Below are positions 9,001 through 11,344 of a stretch of 11,344 bases of DNA, one piece after another; the first letter of the stretch is position 1, and every line of letters begins with the position of its first letter. Made by a program: the position numbers and the translations under genes. Below the pieces are notes generated by a model that worked only from the letters and a program-made list of their open reading frames with translations, ran no database searches and had not been told where the DNA came from. This DNA comes from Amoeboradix gromovi X-113 (taxonomy: Eukaryota > Fungi > Sanchytriomycota), in NCBI GenBank assembly GCA_018985225.1, contig JADGIF010000304.1, forward strand, positions 1 to 11,344, read 5' to 3'.

Positions 9001-9140
9001 TACTTTTTCATTGCAGCAGCTCCTAGTTCACCATATACACAGTCCAGATTCAGATAGTTAAGCAAGGGTTTTATTGCGTCCATCAGTTCAAGCCCTATAC
9101 CATCACCGGGCAACACTAAGATTTTCTTAATACTTGTCAT
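6006..9140 (-). CDS. Three-module fusion: 3-isopropylmalate dehydrogenase (LeuB-like, aa ~1-336) + aconitase-family isopropylmalate/homoaconitate dehydratase large subunit (aa ~341-770) + small swivel subunit (aa ~825-1000)
   Basis: Single uninterrupted 1044-aa ORF. Dehydrogenase motifs: LPGDGIG, GLLALRK, NLR, VRELCSGIYFG, DKANVL, NLFGDILSDE, YEPIHGCAPDIAG, NPIG. Large subunit: MNLTYKIL, DH, GADSHSC, GETW..VPE, NMTTEFG, FIGACTT, PGCSYCLG, SSQNRNFRNRMG, LAS. Small subunit: FGDHIDTDAVIPA, FGSGSSREEA, AKSYAFIYARN, GGV. Confidence 0.93.
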   Translation of the reverse strand: MTSIKKILVLPGDGIGLELMDAIKPLLNYLNLDCVYGELGAAAMKKYGTGYPQHTQEFVAKCDAVLLGAVGDGGEAGLLALRKDMQCYGNLRMIPNIKYLQGLSPIKNFQVGYMLMVRELCSGIYFGDRRSDENEALDVMRYTKEDITRVALLAGKIAHQDGQKVIIIDKANVLSSSKFFRKIATETIQSNFPTVKIETCLVDAAAMHLIKNTSKLEGVLLTTNLFGDILSDEMSVLCGSIGCLPSASLCGVPPCKGLYEPIHGCAPDIAGMNICNPIGTILSVALMFQHSFNDITTSNKLCNAVEQCLKQGIMTADLGGKHTLQEVANAVLVAMKIQKPMNLTYKILLDHAIGNVDIKPGQVINVRVDWTLASELTWKGMEKTFDVMKRPPIHRNDRFWLAIDHTVDPSINHLEKPKSLIKASTEFAKEANLTDFYGPNQTILHTEFYRQRALPGQIIIGADSHSCSSGGLGNFSAGMGAADVVMPLVTGETWLTVPEVLEIKFINSPKFGIGGKDVILYVLGTLKRNTVAHERCVEYTGPGLQYLSADARFAIANMTTEFGGIAACVCPDSITYSYIENRANKSFRNKDANYMQPDKNCTYAASFTIDLSLVNSLIALYPSPDNVVECSDPQALGMKLDGVFIGACTTGEEDLILGALVLESAMKSGFKSIKGIRKVTPGSVMILAKLRKLGLIEIYEKAGFEIGSPGCSYCLGIAADKAGEGQVWLSSQNRNFRNRMGKGSIANLASAATCAASAIEMKVVDPMVYLNGIDKKKYKLLMKAWQDEVLNNIFYQEPNFSSSLLATPTDVTESHSNPEKATSVVFRSKVQRFGDHIDTDAVIPAEFMPGTSDLDLGTHCFEYVKPDFRELAKNGYKIIVAGLGFGSGSSREEAPRAIKGAGCYAVIAKSYAFIYARNQPNMGLLGIKITDEDFYQIQQGGELEIDVGKKVVRVHRFSEEGALLDKPIEFTFELSKMEESLLKVGGVTELYKDYGNNMFRAAMDGLKMEKCPPRQFQHQVDPVLESKIHRKDEVGCDNKEQLNW

Positions 9141-9185
9141 CGTTTTGCAATCTCCTTGAACTGAATTTCCCTCGTGTTCAAAATC
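9141..9185. promoter_or_regulatory. 45-bp divergent (head-to-head) intergenic region shared by the Leu fusion gene and VPS25
   Basis: The start codons at 9140 (-) and 9186 (+) point away from each other, and each is preceded by a CAAAA tract. Promoter function is inferred from position. Confidence 0.55.
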
Positions 9186-9752
9186 ATGTCAACAGAATTC
9201 CCGCCTTTTTATACCAGACAGCCTAATACAACGGTTAGGCAGTTCCAATTGGAGAAATGGTCCGAAGTGGTAACGACATATTGCAGAGAAAACAAAATAA
9301 GTAAGGTGAGTCCCCAGTCTTGGCAAAATACAACTTTATTTAGCAATCCGATTTTGAACAGAAGATGCCATATAGAATTTATTAAGGAAATTCTCAAGTA
9401 TATGGTTGACAATAGTTTAGCCATTCCGACTTCAGAATCAAGTGATACTCCAAACTCAGAGCTTATAGTCTCTAGTGAATGCCATAGTGGGGGTTACGCC
9501 AATTTGGAAAGCAAAGAAAAGACTTGTATAATTCTCAGTTACAGTGTTGCTGAGATAGTGGAGAGCCTTTCTCAATTGCCAGCACAGCTGTATACTGGAT
9601 ACGAATTACGAGATGATCAATATTCTGGATATAAATTTCAAAAATGCCCACTCGATATACTAAAACTAAGCTTAAACGAGATGGAGAAACAGAAGAAAGT
9701 AAAACTTATAAAAAACAATACATTTGATGAGTCTGGAATAAAGATTTTGTAA
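9186..9752 (+). CDS. VPS25: ESCRT-II subunit VPS25
   Basis: N-terminal FPPFYTRQPN...QLEKW, YCRENK, LFSN..LNRR, and C-terminal GIKIL (GVKF-like). The likely start is ATG 9186 (the ORF track opens at GTG 9174). Confidence 0.9.
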   Translation: MSTEFPPFYTRQPNTTVRQFQLEKWSEVVTTYCRENKISKVSPQSWQNTTLFSNPILNRRCHIEFIKEILKYMVDNSLAIPTSESSDTPNSELIVSSECHSGGYANLESKEKTCIILSYSVAEIVESLSQLPAQLYTGYELRDDQYSGYKFQKCPLDILKLSLNEMEKQKKVKLIKNNTFDESGIKIL

Positions 9753-9855
9753 TTCTAATATTATGTTTATGCTAATTCATACTTCTTAACTATTGTCTTG
9801 CGCTTCTACCTTATAACTCTTTCTGTTTTTATTTTCGTAATTCGGCAAAACACGG

Positions 9856-10659
9856 ATGTCTCTCACTCTAAAAGAAACAATAAATCGTGGCTTAGAGACC
9901 ATTTATACTCTAGTGTGTTCTCTTAATTTACCATATTCTACAATGTATATTGCCAACAGCATCTTCCAAAAAGCATACCTATCTGATGACGTGCAGCGTA
10001 GATTCAAAGACAGAAAGTATTTTGATGTTGCTATAGGTAGTCTCTATATTGCTTTAAAACTAGAAGAATGCCGTGTTGATAATGACGAAATTATTAACGT
10101 TATTAATCGAAAAGCAAAAAAGCGAGAAGATTTGTTAATAAAATCAGACACATCTGAATACGCTAGATGGAAGCGAATTATATTGTACATGGAACCATAT
10201 ATATTACATCAGCTAGCTTTCAGAATCAATGTGGATAATCCGTTTACTTTATTGACAGCTGTACGTCGTAAATACGACATTCCCTTTGTAATGTTCCAGT
10301 TAACACATACTGTGTTAGGGGATTGTTGTAGATCAGATATATGCTGCCGCACGGATTCCTCAGTGCTTGTTGCTTCCTGTATGTATATAGCGGGTTGCAT
10401 TTTAGATATTGAACCTTATAATATTTTAATCGAGGAAGTAAATGATCTGAATTATTTTTGGGGTATAACTGAATTTGAGCAACTTAACGTTGAGCCCGTA
10501 TCCTCAGTTGGATTTGAGCTGTTAAAGTCCTATGGAATTACAATTGATGTCGATTATTCATCCTTGCCACCGCTAAGTCCTGATGCTTTTGAAGATAATT
10601 TGCGAGTAGATTCGCCTAAGAGCGATGAAGAATTAGAAGAGGGAGAAATGGTAGAGTAA
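9856..10659 (+). CDS. Transcription-associated cyclin (cyclin T/K/L group, Pch1/Bur2-like)
   Basis: Cyclin box: LNLPYST..IA..IFQKAY and VAIGSLYIALKLEE. SEYARWKRIILYME..IL..LAF.I.VDNPF resembles fungal Pch1-type cyclins. A second cyclin fold follows, then an acidic tail ending EEGEMVE. Confidence 0.85.
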   Translation: MSLTLKETINRGLETIYTLVCSLNLPYSTMYIANSIFQKAYLSDDVQRRFKDRKYFDVAIGSLYIALKLEECRVDNDEIINVINRKAKKREDLLIKSDTSEYARWKRIILYMEPYILHQLAFRINVDNPFTLLTAVRRKYDIPFVMFQLTHTVLGDCCRSDICCRTDSSVLVASCMYIAGCILDIEPYNILIEEVNDLNYFWGITEFEQLNVEPVSSVGFELLKSYGITIDVDYSSLPPLSPDAFEDNLRVDSPKSDEELEEGEMVE

Positions 10660-10664
10660 TTTTT

Positions 10665-10670
10665 AATAAA
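10665..10670 (+). terminator. AATAAA polyadenylation signal of the cyclin gene
   Basis: AATAAA lies 5 nt after the TAA stop, within a 35-bp gap before the MED7 ATG. Confidence 0.5.
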
Positions 10671-10694
10671 AAGTGTGTTATTTTATTTCATACA

Positions 10695-11120
10695 ATGGAG
10701 CAACAATCTCTCTATCCCAATCCACCATATTGGTATACAGAAGACGAGTTATCTATACCAAAAATTCCGGAAGAGGTTAAATTATTTGGTCAAGTAGTAA
10801 ACACAGAGTATAAGGAAATTAAATTGGAGGACTTCGGAATATCTACAAGGTATGAGAATGGTACGAAGTCGGAACTTAAAGAGTTGTTGCAACAGCTATA
10901 TCAGGTGATACTGGAATTATTTCAAAATTTGAGCTATGACAACATTTACACAAAGCAAAATGCTCAGGAAATGTTATTAATATTGCAGAACATGCACCAT
11001 TTAATAAACAACAAGTTTGTAATGTTTAAAGCAAAGAGGGATGTCTTGCAGTTGCAGTTGTTCATGAAGCAAAGAATTGAAGAATATGAAAACATATTTA
11101 AGCATTACATTGGAACTTGA
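10695..11120 (+). CDS. MED7: Mediator complex subunit 7 (compact, divergent)
   Basis: SLYPNPPYWY, P.IP....LFG, LEDFGI..RY, K.ELK.L and NMHHLIN occur in the expected Med7 order. Confidence 0.85.
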   Translation: MEQQSLYPNPPYWYTEDELSIPKIPEEVKLFGQVVNTEYKEIKLEDFGISTRYENGTKSELKELLQQLYQVILELFQNLSYDNIYTKQNAQEMLLILQNMHHLINNKFVMFKAKRDVLQLQLFMKQRIEEYENIFKHYIGT

Positions 11121-11195
11121 ATACCTGGAAAAATCTTTCTAATAAATTGTTTAAAATTTAGCTTAAAAATCTTTGTTTTCAGAAACATAGAGATG

Positions 11196-11344
11196 ATGGG
11201 ACACCAAATACAAAAACTAGACTAACTCATTTTTAAAGGAGGTGCACCATACGGATGAAATGCTATTATTAATAAAAGATCTTCTATTATACCAATTTTC
11301 TTTCATTACTTTCAATCCTCTCTTCAAAATAAAACTAGAAGACC
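11196..11344 (-). repeat. Copy B of the terminal repeat family (truncated by the window end)
   Basis: About 82% identical to 11-162. The minus frame reads SSSFILKRGLKVMKENWYNRRSFINNSISSVWCTSFKNELV*FLYLVSH. Confidence 0.85.

Noticed and set aside
6384-9061. Plus-strand ORFs within the Leu fusion gene (6384, 6763, 7417, 7542, 8119, 8855)
   Set aside because: Antisense shadows of a well-supported CDS.
618-11120. Functional gene cluster or operon linking all seven genes
   Set aside because: The functions are unrelated (UPR, mitoribosome, ESCRT, transcription) and orientations are mixed. No isopropylmalate synthase, transaminase or NRPS lies next to the Leu fusion.
1-11344. Circular element or giant-virus genome fragment, suggested by the terminal repeats and intronless genes
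   Set aside because: The ends are only ~82% identical, so they are not an assembly overlap. No viral or replication genes are present, and the content is core nuclear housekeeping.

Overview
AT-rich, very gene-dense eukaryotic nuclear DNA in the standard genetic code. About 85% is coding and no introns are evident. It looks fungal or opisthokont, from a compact genome that still has a mitoribosome and amino-acid biosynthesis. Seven genes are present: IRE1 kinase/RNase (+), a vWA-Vwaint-Hint ('Vint') autoprocessing protein (-), mitochondrial ribosomal uL24m (+), a 1044-aa triple fusion of 3-isopropylmalate dehydrogenase with aconitase-family dehydratase large and small subunits (LeuB-LeuC-LeuD/HacAB-like) (-), ESCRT-II VPS25 (+), a transcription cyclin (+) and MED7 (+). 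The two ends of the window carry diverged direct copies (~82% identical by hand alignment) of one repeat that evolves like minus-strand coding sequence. A short inverted copy lies at ~424-451. The most notable items are the LeuB-LeuCD fusion built on a non-LEU1-type dehydratase, the intact Hint protein and the terminal repeat family.
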